The position numbers and the translations under genes were made by a program. Under the pieces are notes generated by a model. That model made no database searches and had not been told where the DNA came from. It was given only the letters and a program-made list of their open reading frames with translations. 64,000 nucleotides of DNA from Octopus vulgaris (Eukaryota). Numbering within the stretch: position 1 is the stretch's first letter; each line of letters starts with the position of its first letter. Where the stretch lies: the NCBI GenBank assembly GCA_951406725.2, contig OX597817.1, positions 27,652,001-27,716,000 on the forward strand. The letters are read 5' to 3'. Positions 37,657-52,113 of the stretch are shown here, piece by piece.

Positions 37657-38776
37657 TGCCAGAGGAAGTCACACGAATCTACCGCAACATATCAGATGAA
37701 AGGATGAGAGTAATGAGCAGAGGACCATACATGGATATGTTAATACATAGCTCAGATATGACAGTAACATTGACCATCAAAGCAATCTATCATGGACCAA
37801 CAACTGGATTACTACCCCCTTCTTTGAAGGGCATACGTTTGCAATTCAGGAGCAGGAAATATAAACTATATACCCGATGCACAACAGCGACAGAGATGCA
37901 GGAAAAGCAGTAAAATGTGACAACCGATGCAGATATGTGGAGTTAACACCGAAGATGTCACCCACTTCATAAGCAGTTGTCATCACAGTATTATCTACCG
38001 ATGAGACATGATGTTATAGCTAGGTTATTATATAATGAAATCCGTTGAAAGGATAGCACCGAGGACAAAGTAATATGAACCCACAGTATGGTAGAAGCCA
38101 TAGCCATTCATAATAAAAATGAATATTGGTGGAATATCCCAGTGAAAACCTCAATAAAATGTAAACACAATAGAACTTATATAATGATTCGGGATAGAGA
38201 AGAGAAATTGTGTTCAGTTGTGGAAATGAGCTGCCAAATGGATATTAATATAAAGAGAATACCTACGCTGAACTATTGAAAAATCTGCAGTTATTCTATC
38301 CAGATTACAAGTTCAGGTTTATACCTGTAATTATTGGGCCAGTGGGATATGTAACACACTACAAAAATACCAATCTTGAGAAATTAGGCTTCTCAAAATC
38401 AGAAAGGAGAAAGCTGATTCGAAGACTAGAGTTTCAAGTCATCACCGGTACTGTATATTATGTAAAACGTTCCAGACTTTTATAATTTAAATATATATGA
38501 GCATGTCAAGATAAGCACGTATAGGAATAATGACATACGCACACACACACACATGCATATTTTCATAATAAAATGGAGTGTAGATATACAAGTATATGCA
38601 AAAGAATACATACATAGAGCGAAACATACAAATCTGCACCTATGCATACATATATATATGCAAAGGAAAATACCCTGTTGTTGATGTTAAAACTCCAATG
38701 AAGGAGCCTTGAATCTAGGTTAGAAACCGACACTTTCTCTATTGGCAAGAAATCCTGAAATAAAACTGAACAATGG
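37657..38776 (+). mobile_element. 5'-truncated R4/Dong-like element in (CATA)n
   Basis: FEGHTFAIQEQEI; CDNRCR.C...EDVTHFISSC; MRHDV; EYWWNIPVKT..KCKHNR; LFYPDYKFRFIPVIIG; same 3' tail. Confidence 0.88.
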
Positions 38777-38790
38777 CATACATACATATA

Positions 38791-39009
38791 TACAAGAGAG
38801 TGTGGAGACGTTCCTGCCTTTAAGGGTATCGTGAAAGGTCATATTGGAGGCTCATACTTTTAAGTCTTTTACAGGGCTTAGAAAACTGAAGGACCGTTGC
38901 AGTAAGTGTTTGAATCTGAGAGGTAAACATGTTTAATAAAATTATAATTAACTGATCCTCCTTCATTTTCTTCTACTCAAACCCAAGAACTTTTCAACAC
39001 CCCCTTGTA
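38791..39009. mobile_element. mariner-derived MITE
   Basis: Degenerate TIRs TAcaagagagtgtggagacgttcctg / caagaacttttcaacacccccttgTA; interior like a transposase end (L.DRCSKCLNLRG.HV*). Confidence 0.7.
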
Positions 39010-39019
39010 CATACATACA

Positions 39020-39074
<55 letters not shown>

Positions 39075-39379
39075 GTACGTACGTATGAAAGTATGTATGT
39101 GTTTAGAATGTGGAAACCCGGTGGAAACATCCGCATGAACGTCTCTCTGTCACTGAATGAAATGTGTAGAAGAAATACTAAAGAATTGGTCTGCTTCCTG
39201 AATGGGATCTAACATTAGGTTATGCATGTTAATTTTAAATTATTCTACACGACAACTACACCTATTTAGCAGTACTTTAATCGGAATATCGAAAACTGCA
39301 ATATGTCAGTTTCAGAAAAAGTTAGGGATGAAATTAATATTATGTATAGAATCCCACACTGGCGCGCGCATGCAGGTAG

Positions 39380-39407
39380 GTAGATGATAAATAGATAGAT
39401 AGATAGT

Positions 39408-39490
<83 letters not shown>
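39380..39490. repeat. (GATA)n microsatellite
   Basis: Read directly. Confidence 0.95.
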
Positions 39491-39491
<1 letters not shown>

Positions 39492-39835
39492 AGGAAATAA
39501 AGAAAGAACAAAAGAAAGAAATATGCCTATACTTGAGCATAAACGTATGTGTGTATGTGTGCGTGTGTGTGTAAAGCGTGGATGCATATGTATAAATCCA
39601 CACATCTTTATAGGAACTTTGTTAAGTAAAAGCTATAATGAAAATAGTCGAAATTATAGAAGAGAAAGAAAATATCCTTTTGCGACATAATATTTGTGAA
39701 AGATTTGATACTATTCAACACATATATTCCCAATTCAGTTTCGTCCATCCTTCTCTCTCACATAACAAAAAACAAAATAATTATATACTTCAGAACAACC
39801 CAACAGAAATTTCTTTCGCAAATCAACCAGAGTTG

Positions 39836-40228
39836 TACTTACTCTTTTACTTGTTTCAGTCATTTGACTGCGGCCATGCTGGAGCACCGCCTTTAGTCGA
39901 GCAACTCGACTCCGGGACTTTTTCTTTGTAAACCCAGTACTTATTCTATCGGTCTCTTTTTGCCGAACCGCTAAGTAACGGGGACATAAACACACCAGCA
40001 TCGGTTGTCAAGCAATGCTAGGGGGGACAGACACAGACACACACATATATATATATACATATATAAGACGGGCTTCTTTCAGTTTCCGTCTACCAAATTC
40101 ACTCACAAGGAATTGGTCGGCCCGAGGCTATAGTAGAAGACACTTGCCCAAGGTGCCACGCAGTGGGACTGAACCCAGAACCATGTGGTTGGTAGGCAAG
40201 CTACTTACCACACAGCCACTCCTGCGCC
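39836..40228 (-). mobile_element. SINE family A
   Basis: Full-length reverse match. Confidence 0.9.
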
Positions 40229-40711
40229 TTGCGTACAAAAACCAATAATCTCTCGTAGAACACAAGTCTCAGATTAGGGATTCCGAAACAAACTATGGTC
40301 TGTCTCACCAACGTTGTATATCTATAAATTATGATCTTAATCATTAAAACTGTAGTTTAAGAAGCAGGCGATAGCGTCATATATAAGCTTGCTCTGTTTT
40401 GTTGAGAACTATAGCAGTTTCATTGACGCTTTCGACAAAATATGGTGTAATAGCAAAATATGCGTATGAAAATACCCCAATTTGGATCATGTTCATTTTG
40501 AAGAGAATATCGGGTGCAGTTTTGCGTGCCAATTACGATAGTCACAACGAGAAGACAAAAAGAAGAAAGAAGAAGTAAAGGAGAACGCGAGGTTGTGAGA
40601 AGAATTAATTAAACGAGAGGGTAAAAAAAAAGAGAAGATATTGTACGAGCCATACGTGTATAGCAACAAAATAATCCGTAGAGGTGAAGATGGTGATGAC
40701 GGTGATAATGA

Positions 40712-41270
40712 TTTCATTTATTTTGCCCATGGGCTCAAATGAGGGATACATCACAAGGTCAGTTTAAAATTTGTGTGAGAAGAAAACAGAGAAATGACTG
40801 TGAATTGAGATAAAAACATAGAGAGTTTACGAAGCTTGTGAATACAAGGATGAAGCAAACCTCCTGATACAGGTGAGCTTCCAATCAGAATTAATCAAGA
40901 AATGCCACAGATCAAGGACAACCCTTACCAAAAGCACGATCCTTCAGCCAGTAGTCGTTTCTCCACCAGTTCACAGATGTATATCTGGATCCATTTACCC
41001 TAAGCATTTTTTCCACAGACACCCAGATTTTAGAAATTCGCTTGTAAAGGGCACTTCTCCCCGCACGCACACACACTCTCTCTCTCTCTTTTTTCTCTCC
41101 CTCCCCCCTCTCTCTCTCTCTGTCTTAACTGGCCTTGACCGAAGAGGACGGAGTCTTTCGTCAATCCTTTTACCTGCATCCACTACATACCTTGATACCT
41201 GCCCATTCTTGCAGGCAACATATACCCCAAAAAACAGCACACAGCACTTCCGCCTATACCTATCTTACCT
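40712..41270 (-). mobile_element. Tx1/L1-like LINE, ORF2 C-terminus and 3' tail
   Basis: Degenerate KV.*WMQVKGLTKDSVLFGQ...EFLKSG; tail gaccttgtgatgtatccctcatttgagcccatgggcaaaataaatgaaat. Confidence 0.6.
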
Positions 41271-41396
41271 TTTAAAAGCATCAAACTAATAAATTTGTTG
41301 AAACGTGTCCCTCCCATGTTGTTATCATTTTGTACTCATTACCTTCATTATGTGCGCGCGCGCGTATGTGTGTGTGTGTGTGTGTATGTGTGTGTA

Positions 41397-41447
41397 GAAG
41401 AAGAAGAAGAAGAAGACGAAGACGAAGACGATGACGATGACGATGAC

Positions 41448-41479
<32 letters not shown>
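41397..41479. repeat. (GAA)-(GAC)-(GAT) compound microsatellite
   Basis: Read directly. Confidence 0.9.
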
Positions 41480-41480
<1 letters not shown>

Positions 41481-41826
41481 GGTGAAAAGGAGTTAGCGAT
41501 TTTGTTGAGAGATATCGCCTGTGTAGATGTGTGCGTATCATGGACAGAGAACGCGTATCCCTCAACAACTTTTGTAGTTAATAACCCTCAGCTACGTTAC
41601 TTAGCCTCATCGAGCTCACACCAATTCTCCTCATCCTTCCTTTTACACTTCAAACATAGCCCATCTGTTTATTATAATTTTATAAGTTATATGAAAAAAC
41701 AGAATCTCTCTTTCTCTCACTCTCTCTTCTTCTCTCTCTCTCTCTCTCCGTTTCTGGACATATATATTCGTGCGTATGCATGAATGTATACTCATCATAT
41801 GCATGTCTATATTATATATTCATACT

Positions 41827-42225
41827 GTAGGAGTGGCTGTGTGGTAAGTAGCTTGCTTACCAACCACATGGTTCCGGGTTCAGTCCCACTGCGTGGCACC
41901 TTGGGCAAGTGTCTTCTACTATAGCCTCGGGCCGACTAAAGCCTTGTGAGTGGATTTGGTAGACGGAAACTGGAAGAAGCCCGTCGTATATATGTATATA
42001 TACATGTGTGTGTGTTTGAGTGTCTGTGCTTTTCCCCCCAACATTGCATGACAACCGATGCTGGTGTGTTTACGTCCCCGTCACTTAGCGGTTCGGCAAA
42101 AGAGACCGATAGAGTAAGTACTAGGCTTACAACGAATAAATCGTTGGGTCGATTTGCTCGACTGGAGGCGGTGCTCCAGCATGGCCACAGTCAAATGACT
42201 GAAACAAGTTAAAGAGTAAAGAGTA
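41827..42225 (+). mobile_element. SINE family A
   Basis: Full-length match. Confidence 0.9.
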
Positions 42226-43771
42226 TACCGACGCACACACACGCGCAAACGTGTGTAACTGTTGTATTGGGAAGTGTGCCAAAGGATGTGATTGTCTGGG
42301 AATGTATATATGATTAAGTTTCTGATAAGACTGAAAAGATAGTATTTGCTTGATTCTAGGTAAATCCCTATGAAATGTCGCAGTGGTTTGTGCTATGTTA
42401 TCTTATTCTTATGATACACAATCATTTATATGAGAATCAGAGATTAAAAGACTTAGTTATCGGCTATTCTTACGTGTCCTACCGAAATGTCTGAATATTA
42501 GCTGTATGCATAATTTTTCGTTAGATTGTTTCAGATATTATTTTCCCTCCATATTTAAATAGAAAATCGATTCTCGCATGGTAGGAAAATATTTGTTTTT
42601 ACTTTGTATAGAAAATTGAAAGTTGGAGAAGAGGTGACACCTACGGTGAATAAACTCACGTTTAAAATATTGTAATTATTGAAGGAGAAATATTTACGTT
42701 AAAAAAATTGAAATCACTAATTGCAAATATATACTTCCATGTTGTTTTACAAATATTAACCTTAACGGTGTTGATCATTTTTATTATCTCTAAGAATAAT
42801 TATCATTAAATAACATTAAGCATCTTGGTAATGCTTTTATAAGATTTTTTTGCATATGACATTTCAGAAGATTTGACATTGGATACCTCTCTGTTTGCTA
42901 GGCATGTTAGCAAAAGCAAGCATATTTTATTCAAATTATTGTCGAACATATTAAATAAGGAAAGAGCGTATAAGTTCACTTAAGCACGCTAAAATGCGTG
43001 TTTAATTAATTTCAACTACATCTACTTAATCCCAGTTGTTCTGTAAGTTTAACAATAACATCAATGTGAAATGAGGATAATAGTTTTTGCGCACGAGAAA
43101 AGGTGTTCCTCCACTTTTTAACAGAGTGCGGCTCGTAGGCAGCAAACGCCTTCTAAATCTCATCTTGACGAGACTTAGCGTAGTTCTAGTTCTACTCTAC
43201 ATTTCAATTACTGAGGGCTGAACTAGGTAGTTAAGACAGTAGTGGACGTTTGATATTGCACCTTGATTTAAATGTTTATCATTGTAATTTAAATGTTATG
43301 TAAATCTTAATAATTTATTGAGAAGAAAATAAATGATCAAGTATGAAAGCTAGAAGCAATTTCAGAAAACGTTCTCAGTGGAGACGATTGACAAAATTGT
43401 CATGAGTTCCGACGAAAATATTTATCTGTCTGGTTGCCTAAATAAGCAAAGCTTCCGCCGTTGATAGGCTTTATTAAAACGTGTTCCATTGAAGATTTTC
43501 TCACCCTCAGTCACTCGCTCAAATGATAGTGTTACATATTTATCATCTATTCCCCCTCTCCCATATTGCTTATCGATACCTTCTACTCCCTCCCTCTCTT
43601 CACAAGTATATCATTATAAAATCCGAGTTCAATATAGACTCCCTTGATATTTTGGGTCGAAATACCTGACTGGATTCTTAAATTTAGTAACAGTTTACTA
43701 TTGACATATATTCTATCTTACAAAAGCGAACGCCAATATCCTAATTCTTAACTAGATGCAAAAGTAGCTGT

Positions 43772-44457
43772 GCGCAGTAGTGGTTATGTGGTGAGTAGCT
43801 TGCTTTCTTTCATAAGGGAGGGGCGGTACAGTGCTTTGTGAAGAAGCTGAAGAGCCGGAGGGAGGAGGTCCTATCCTGGATTGGCCTCCGCAGTTGCCTG
43901 CGGAGGTCCTAACGGAGGTTGAAATGTTCAGGGTTATGGACTCCTTTGCCAAGGGCCAATCCAGTTTTGCTTTCTGGGGCCCCGACTTAGAACTGCAGGA
44001 TTGCCTGCGGGAGGCATATAGCATGGTCGGGGAGGAAAGTTAAGAGGCCTTAGTGCCTCAATTTGAATTTGTTTGTATTTTTTGGTAAGAGGTTCAGCGC
44101 CTCAATTTGTAAGAACGATTTCGTCCATTTTGAACTGAGGTAAGAGGTTCAATACCTCATTTTGTTTCGTTGTGAGAATAATGTTTTCGAGAAAGCATCA
44201 ATCGGTGGGCATTGTTTGCTTCTCCTACCAACCATTTCTTTCATTCCATCATCATTGTGTCTTTGTCCAACCCGAAGCTACATTTTTGTGCGGCTGCATA
44301 GCTAATTTTACGAAATAAAGTAGCTTGCTTACCAACCAAGTGGTTCTAGATTCAGTCCCATTGCGTCGCACCTTGGGTAAGTGTCTTCTACTATAGCCTC
44401 GGGCCGAGCAAAGCCTTGTAAGTGGATTTAGTAGACGGAAATGGAAAGAAGTCCGTC

Positions 44458-44522
<65 letters not shown>

Positions 44523-44710
44523 TGCGTGAGTGTATGGTTGCACGTCTGTGCTTGTCCCCTCACCAACGCTTGACAAATAGCAGTTCGGCAAGAGAGACAG
44601 ATAGAATAAGTACTAGGCATACAAAAAATACGCACTGGGGTGATTTGGTCGACTAAAGGCGGTGCTCCAGCATGGCCGCAGTCAAATGACTAAAACAAAT
44701 AGAAGAGTAA
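43772..44710 (+). mobile_element. SINE family A split by a 513-bp insertion
   Basis: Head at 43772-43805; remainder resumes at 44319. Confidence 0.85.
43806..44318 (+). mobile_element. Unclassified retroelement-like insertion with 12-bp TSD
   Basis: TSD agtagcttgctt at 43794-43805 and 44319-44330; GC-rich 70-codon ORF then three GAGG-N7/8-CCTC hairpin repeats. Confidence 0.75.
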
Positions 44711-46540
44711 ATATTTTTACACTGTAATGCAGTATAAGTCTGTTAGATCTTTATAGGAGTGTGAGATTTATTAAATGCATATATTACCACAAATATTTAA
44801 TATCTAAATAATAATATCTACATGACTGAAGTCAGTTGAAATAAATGTATATTCCACATATATTCATTAACAGATCTTCCAGCAGAAATTTTATTGCTGT
44901 TACATATCAGATTTTCTAGTATAAAGTGATAAGTAATTTCATGTTAGAAACCATTATTAATAAGTAATGTATTTTATCAACACAATTACTCTTAACCGCT
45001 GTGGCTTCCAGAATGAGTATGATATGCGGGTATATATTTTGGACAAGAATTACAATAACAAGTCAATAAACTACTATTTAATATTTGATAGCAATTGATA
45101 CACAGTATTAAAACTTTAAAAATTTCATAGTTGGCATGCATAGTCACAAGGGAAGTAGTTTAAGTTTGTTCTTTCAAAGAATGCTTGCGCAACAGATGGT
45201 TTAATATTGAAAGATTCAAATGCAAACAAATAAGAAATGATTTCTCAAATTATATTTTAATGTGTTTGTTTGTCTATTCATACATTATAGAACATTAGTG
45301 AGATGTTTTCGTTAATACACACCTTAACATCTTTGATGACTATAGTGCTGGGTTATTAAGCGGGAACGTATCTAACTCTCTTGGCAGAGATATTAATATT
45401 ATAATTTCGTTGGTGTAAAATTCTAAAGAGATAAAAGAATAGGATAGTCACCATTCTTGGAAAAAAACTATTACTTATACAACAATATAGTGTGAAATTT
45501 TTTTCAAGATCATTTCAGATCTCCCAGAAGAAATGTTCCTATTGATTCCGTTTTTAAAGTGAGGTACATACATTCACGATAATTTTGAATACATAAATTC
45601 AAAACTAAATTATTTCATCAAGGGAATCGCTATGTTTCCACTGATTTAAGCTTCATCTATGCAGTATTTTTCTTAAAATTAGAACGATAATAATATTATC
45701 TGTAACAATTATCAGTGGACGAAATTTGTGCTACTGGGAATGCAAATGATATACAGAGAAATATATATTCAAATCCAGGAAAAATACTTCTTTCTCCGAC
45801 TTAGTGCTTTCTTGTACATACTATTGTAATCATTCTACTATTAATAGGTATTGGTAGGTATAAAGGATGCTATGTGTGGTGAGATATATGTAAACTTTCT
45901 TTCAGCAGATATAGTACTAATGATTCATTAGATATTTTGAAGCTTGTATTTACTATTTCAGACTGAGCAACTAGTTGTGGTGCTAGATAGCTCTATTATA
46001 GACCCGTTGAAGTATACTTGGATTATTATATAGCACTTTAATACAGCTTTCTTTTAAAATGTATTCTCAGAAAAAAAACCCAGAAAAATAATGTATTATA
46101 ACCTTACTAGTGTATTACCTGTCATTGGATGTTAACGTTTGCTATCATGGATGCCATCGGAAAATATGACATACATGCAGTAATAATAATTTAATTTCTA
46201 TAAACCTTCTTGGTACTTATTCAAAAGATGAAATGAACACTAAAGTAAATGTTCAAAGAAAATTAAATAAAAAAGAATACGAATGGAATTTCAGACGATA
46301 TATTTCGATTTGAAACTAAATTTTTCGTGTAATATTATACACGCTGGAAATGTAAAAGTCATAAATATATCCCATTTTGAAGTGTTTAGAGAAGGTCGTG
46401 AATCATGACAGCTATTTACTATCACTTTCCGCGAACAGTTTACAACTTTCTCTTCGTACTGAAAAACTTCTTGAAACGTAACTCTGAGTTTCAGATTTCA
46501 AGTTGTTCAAACAATTCTCTCAAACTTTCTTTCTTCCTTT

Positions 46541-46578
<38 letters not shown>

Positions 46579-46746
46579 CTTTCTGTACATGCATGTAGAT
46601 ATCCATATATGTATACACTTTTGTGTGCATGCATGTTTCTGTGTGTATGTAAATACACACAGAAACACGCACACACACACACACACACACATATACGTAA
46701 AATACACAGAAATTCACGCACATATGTATATTGACATAATAGACAG

Positions 46747-46797
<51 letters not shown>

Positions 46798-46802
46798 TAT
46801 GT

Positions 46803-46845
<43 letters not shown>

Positions 46846-47110
46846 CTTGCAGCTTTATATCTATATTACATAAATGTGTATATATGTTACATATATATGT
46901 ATATTTATGCGTATATGAATGTATATATGCATACAAATATATACTTATATCAATATTTATTTATATAAATGTCTATATATTTATGCATAAACACTGACGC
47001 ATATAGAGAGAAGGAAAGTATATATATACCATCTTCGCCTGGGTTAACGAAAATTCATAAACATATACGTGTATGACAAATTATGGTATACGCTTAATAG
47101 TATCATACAA

Positions 47111-47164
<54 letters not shown>

Positions 47165-47688
47165 ACAAACACGAAAATAAAATAACGTTTGCATAATCTT
47201 TCAGTCTCTTAATATTTGCTTCAAATAAATGTAAGAATAAATAGATAATATATGCGAACAATTGAATTATTCGATTATCAGTTATTCAACTACTATAAAC
47301 TACCCAAAATCAGTGAGGGAGAATATATGTTTCTAGGTGGAATCGTATGTCTGACTGCGAGGAAAAATCAAATTTCGATTGTTTTAATAGAATAAATGTA
47401 ACCACATTGCAGAACGAATTCCTCAATTAATTTTGTTGGAGAGATATATAAGTTTAAAACAGTATTTTTTTTTACTTTTCAAATAAGTTATATTGTTGCT
47501 CGTATTAACGTTTATTTTCATTCGTTTGCGTAAAGAAATGTTATGCTGCAAGACTGATTTCTTCTTCCCCAAAATACAGAATCACAGCAACATATACCAA
47601 TATTCCTGCGTTCTGAGGTTCCATTATTTATGTTTATGTCAACCGAATATGGTCGGTGGCCACTGAGTATGATATATGTAAACATATA

Positions 47689-47749
<61 letters not shown>

Positions 47750-47863
47750 CACATATATATATATGTATGTATGTATGTATGTATTTATATAGACATAGAT
47801 ATATGCATATATATATAGGGTATATATATATAGAGAGAGAGATTATATATATAAATATATATG

Positions 47864-47894
<31 letters not shown>

Positions 47895-48271
47895 ATACAT
47901 AAATACACGGACACAGATACACATATATATGTATAATATATGCATGCACACACTTCACACGCACGCATATATAATCAAACACATACATATATATATATGT
48001 GTGTGAGCGCATATATATATGTAATATAATATATATACATATATAAATGTTTACATAGATATATAAACATATATACATATATGTGTGTGTGTATGTATGT
48101 ATTTGTATATACATATATGTATGTGTCACGTGTGGATTTATGTGTATCCACAGATAAACGTAATTATACAGGCGTACTTAAATATGTGTAGGAATAAGTC
48201 ATAAATATGCAAGTTTTTCGAAAATAGGAAAGCAGCAAAATTGAAAACAGTTTTCACACACACGCACACAG

Positions 48272-48313
<42 letters not shown>

Positions 48314-48713
48314 CACACATACACACAAGAACATGCGTGTGGCTTTGTAATTGTGCTTGCACATGTGTGAACTGTATGCAGCGCACAGGTATTCATATGT
48401 GAGTGTGTGTACGCGTGTGTACGTGTTTGTATGTGTGTGTGTGTGTTTTGTGTGTGTGTTTGATTCTTTGTGAAGCTATTGTGTGCAGCTATACGTCGAC
48501 ATATATTCGAATCATTATATGCATATTTTTCTCAATTTTATGGAGACAGCGTACACATACACAAGCAAACCTAAGCGTATATTTATATGAGCATACGCAT
48601 TCAGCTTTATATGTAAGCATGTATGTATGTTTGTATATATGAATGTATGTATGTAGGTATGTATGTTTGAGTGTATGCATGGATGTATGTAAATGTATAT
48701 ATGTGTGTGTCTG

Positions 48714-48806
<93 letters not shown>

Positions 48807-48835
48807 CGCACACACACACATTTATTTATGCGTGT

Positions 48836-48878
<43 letters not shown>

Positions 48879-51378
48879 ACATGTATGCAACTGTTTATAT
48901 CTTTGTATTTATATTTCTAGATATATTATCATATTGTCGTCTACATTTCTCTTCAGACAAGTTTTCCTTCCGAGTCACAGGACTGTAAAGATTCTATTCA
49001 TTAAATTGTGCAAAAAGCAGCGGAGTTATTAGAAAACCACGTTCCGTCTACACCTTCACCGTTTCCAACTTCCACAGCAGTAGCAACTAGAATGGCATCG
49101 ACAATAACAACTAAAGAAATACGAAGAATACAGTAAATTCTATACTGTTCAGAAGCAATGTACATACCGGAAAGATAAATACATTCTTTATAAAGAATAC
49201 GGTAAAAGAGTTTCTCTAAATGGAATAGCTTTTTGTACATATTTCAAACATCAGGGATTGCTGTCTGTATATGGAGGTACTGTTTACGTGTAATCGTGAT
49301 TATATTCCATAGTCTATATTTTTAAGGTCTACTTACCTAAAGGTTCTTCGTATTTGGTAGCAAAATGGTTATTTTTTTGCAGGTCATCTTAAAACCAAAT
49401 TTATTTTCGACTATGAATCATTGTTTTTAGCTTTTAGTTTGTTGTGTAATATATACATATGTATTAAATATTCTCAGTTTTTTTAAATGTCACCATTACT
49501 TGTTTTTCCTGTTACACTTTTTCTTACGAAAGACTAATAAAGTAATTGGATATTAGGCTGAATCGAGAATTTTCATTGAAGACAAATATTAACAATTAGT
49601 TTCATTCCCTGCCAGTTTCTATTTTCATAAAGAAGATTTTAAAATTAGGAAAACTATGAAATATCTCTTACTTATTAAGGTAATAAGTTTTAAGTTGCAA
49701 TTCTGGGTGTGCAAAGTATATTGAAATACATCAATAAATATAGGATTAATGACAGCTCTCCTATTATGTAAGCAAATGCTTACATAACGGTGGAGTGAGA
49801 GAGGAGAACAGTTCAAGTGAAACAAGTAGGAGAGAAGAATTGGATGAATGAGTAAATATATAATAAGGCAAGAGTATCTTAAAAGAATTCAGGAGACGTA
49901 AAGTGATAATTGGGCAGAATCTAGTAATAAAATATCTGGCATAAAACACCTCGTAGATGTGGTTTCTTGCATGAATAAAAGATATTAAAGAATAAAAGCC
50001 AGTAAGGGGGAAATACATTATTAGCAGATAACACAGTTCAAATATGATATATTGATCTCATTAAACCACTGTCATTATGCCCTAATATTATAATTATGAA
50101 CTTAGGATGCAAATTCTTGAAATATTATTAAAGCCATTCATTCTTGTATGAACTGACGAAGGCTTGCATATTTCAACAGCGATGCTTACGGAAAAATATC
50201 CATTGGTGGAAAAGGAGCGAATGAATGCAAACAGATGTAAACAATAGTAATGGGAAATATAATGTTTAAAACTGGGAAACCACTGGCTCTGTATGTGTTT
50301 TATAGATTCAACAATATTCATGAAGGTAAAGAAGTAAAAGACTACCTAAACGGAATTTTACAATTTGACAACACCTTATACATCAACATCAACCCAGTGG
50401 TCACAAAATCCTTTATTTATAAAATGACAGTTGCATCTGTGGAATGTTATATAATAAATATTAATTGATATTAAGTGAAAGAACTAAAAATGCAATGTTT
50501 TATGGTACGCCCCTTTTGAATACCACGTTAAAGTAGCGAAGCTTTCATTCTATATCCAATGTCATTTCAATAATATAATAATAGTAGATCTAGGAAACTA
50601 ACTTAATAAGCTTACATTTTTAAGTGTATGTTTTGAACAATTTAAAGTAAATATACTTTTTATTATGAATATTTCATATGTATTTACGCAAGATTCCAAA
50701 AGAATAACTTAAGAAATAATGGAGAATATATCCATAACTATAGAAAAAGCAATGAGAAAATACTAGAAAATAAGTGACTTCATGAACACAAACTTCTTTA
50801 GAGGGATATTTTGAGTTTGTATACCAAAAAGATATAAAAGGAAAGAAACAAAAATATTCGTTAGTTATCAAACTTCAAGTACTCAATATAAATTCGTTTA
50901 AAAATGCATCTATCACTTCGGAAACCCCTAGCTAATATTAACTTTGCACACGACATTCAATATAATCCACTTAGATAGTGATGGCGAAATGTAGGCATAA
51001 AACGATTACAATATCCGCCATCACGAAACACGTTCCATATAGCACCAGCAAAATGTTGAGGAAAGTAACGAAGCAATACTAAATGAATGCAACATCCAGA
51101 CAAAATACAGAAGAAGGTGGTGTTGATATAGCAATTTATGAGACACCACAACGCTAATGAATATTTTATAAACGATTTTGCTATACTGGAGAAGATTGCA
51201 TTGTCTAAAAAGTACTGAGATCTTAGTTTGATCTGGCAGGGAAATGTGATGTTAATGATAATATGCAAAACATTCGAATGTGGTTTGAGTAATTGCAAAT
51301 TAAAGCATGTATCTACAACAAACAAGTATGTGCTAATTACTACTGCTGCAACTGCTATTATTGCGACTGTTGCTGTGG

Positions 51379-51468
<90 letters not shown>

Positions 51469-51499
51469 TTACTAGTATTATTACTAGTAATAATAATAA

Positions 51500-51531
<32 letters not shown>

Positions 51532-51539
51532 CAACAACA

Positions 51540-51945
51540 ATAGTTGTCAGAGATCATGAAGAAAAATGCTTTCTAATTGATGTATCAATACCAGCAGATG
51601 ACAACGTGTCTCCAAAACAAATGGAGAAACTCTCAAAATACAAAGATCTGGAAATAGAGGTAACCAGAATGTGGAATCTAAAAACAGAAACAATTCCTAT
51701 CATAGTAGGTGCATTAGGCATGATAAAAAATATTCAGACAAATACATAACAAAAACACTAGGACTTACAAACACATATAACATACAGAAAATTGCATTAC
51801 TAGGCACTGCACACATCCTACGCAGAACACTTTCCATACAATAACCATCAGAGCATCACAACAAATCACAGCACATACCCAAGGCACACAGAGCTGCGCT
51901 CGGTAATGAAGTGAAAGCACGCTATAAAAATAAAACTACTGAATA
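51540..51945 (+). mobile_element. R4/Dong-like LINE 3' fragment, (TAA)n-associated family
   Basis: IVVRDHEEKCFLIDVSIP.D.NVS.KQMEKLSKYKDLEIEV.RMW...TETIPIIVGALG restriction-like endonuclease; ends in (AAT)n. Confidence 0.9.
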
Positions 51946-51960
51946 ATAATAATAATAATG

Positions 51961-52005
<45 letters not shown>

Positions 52006-52026
52006 TTTTTAATAATGATAATAATG

Positions 52027-52060
<34 letters not shown>

Positions 52061-52113
52061 TATTATTATTAATAATAATAATAATAATAATAATTATAAT
52101 AATAATAATAATA

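Noticed and set aside
41295-41783. 162-aa ORF with poly-Glu/Asp
   Set aside because: Length comes from GT and GAA/GAC/GAT microsatellites; no domain or splice support.
44041-44165. Three spaced hairpin repeats resembling a mini-CRISPR array
   Set aside because: Eukaryotic retroelement context, degenerate repeats, irregular spacing and no cas genes; reported as a hairpin array instead.
46400-48900. Many overlapping YIYI/CVCV ORFs
   Set aside because: Dinucleotide microsatellite artefacts.
48955-49285. Possible untranslated exon (ttcag...GAG|gtactg) after a (GA)n tract
   Set aside because: Splice-like signals only; no coding or expression evidence.
50978-51034. 9-bp stem followed by GAAACACGTT, hammerhead-like
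   Set aside because: No CUGANGA-like segment upstream and no stem I.
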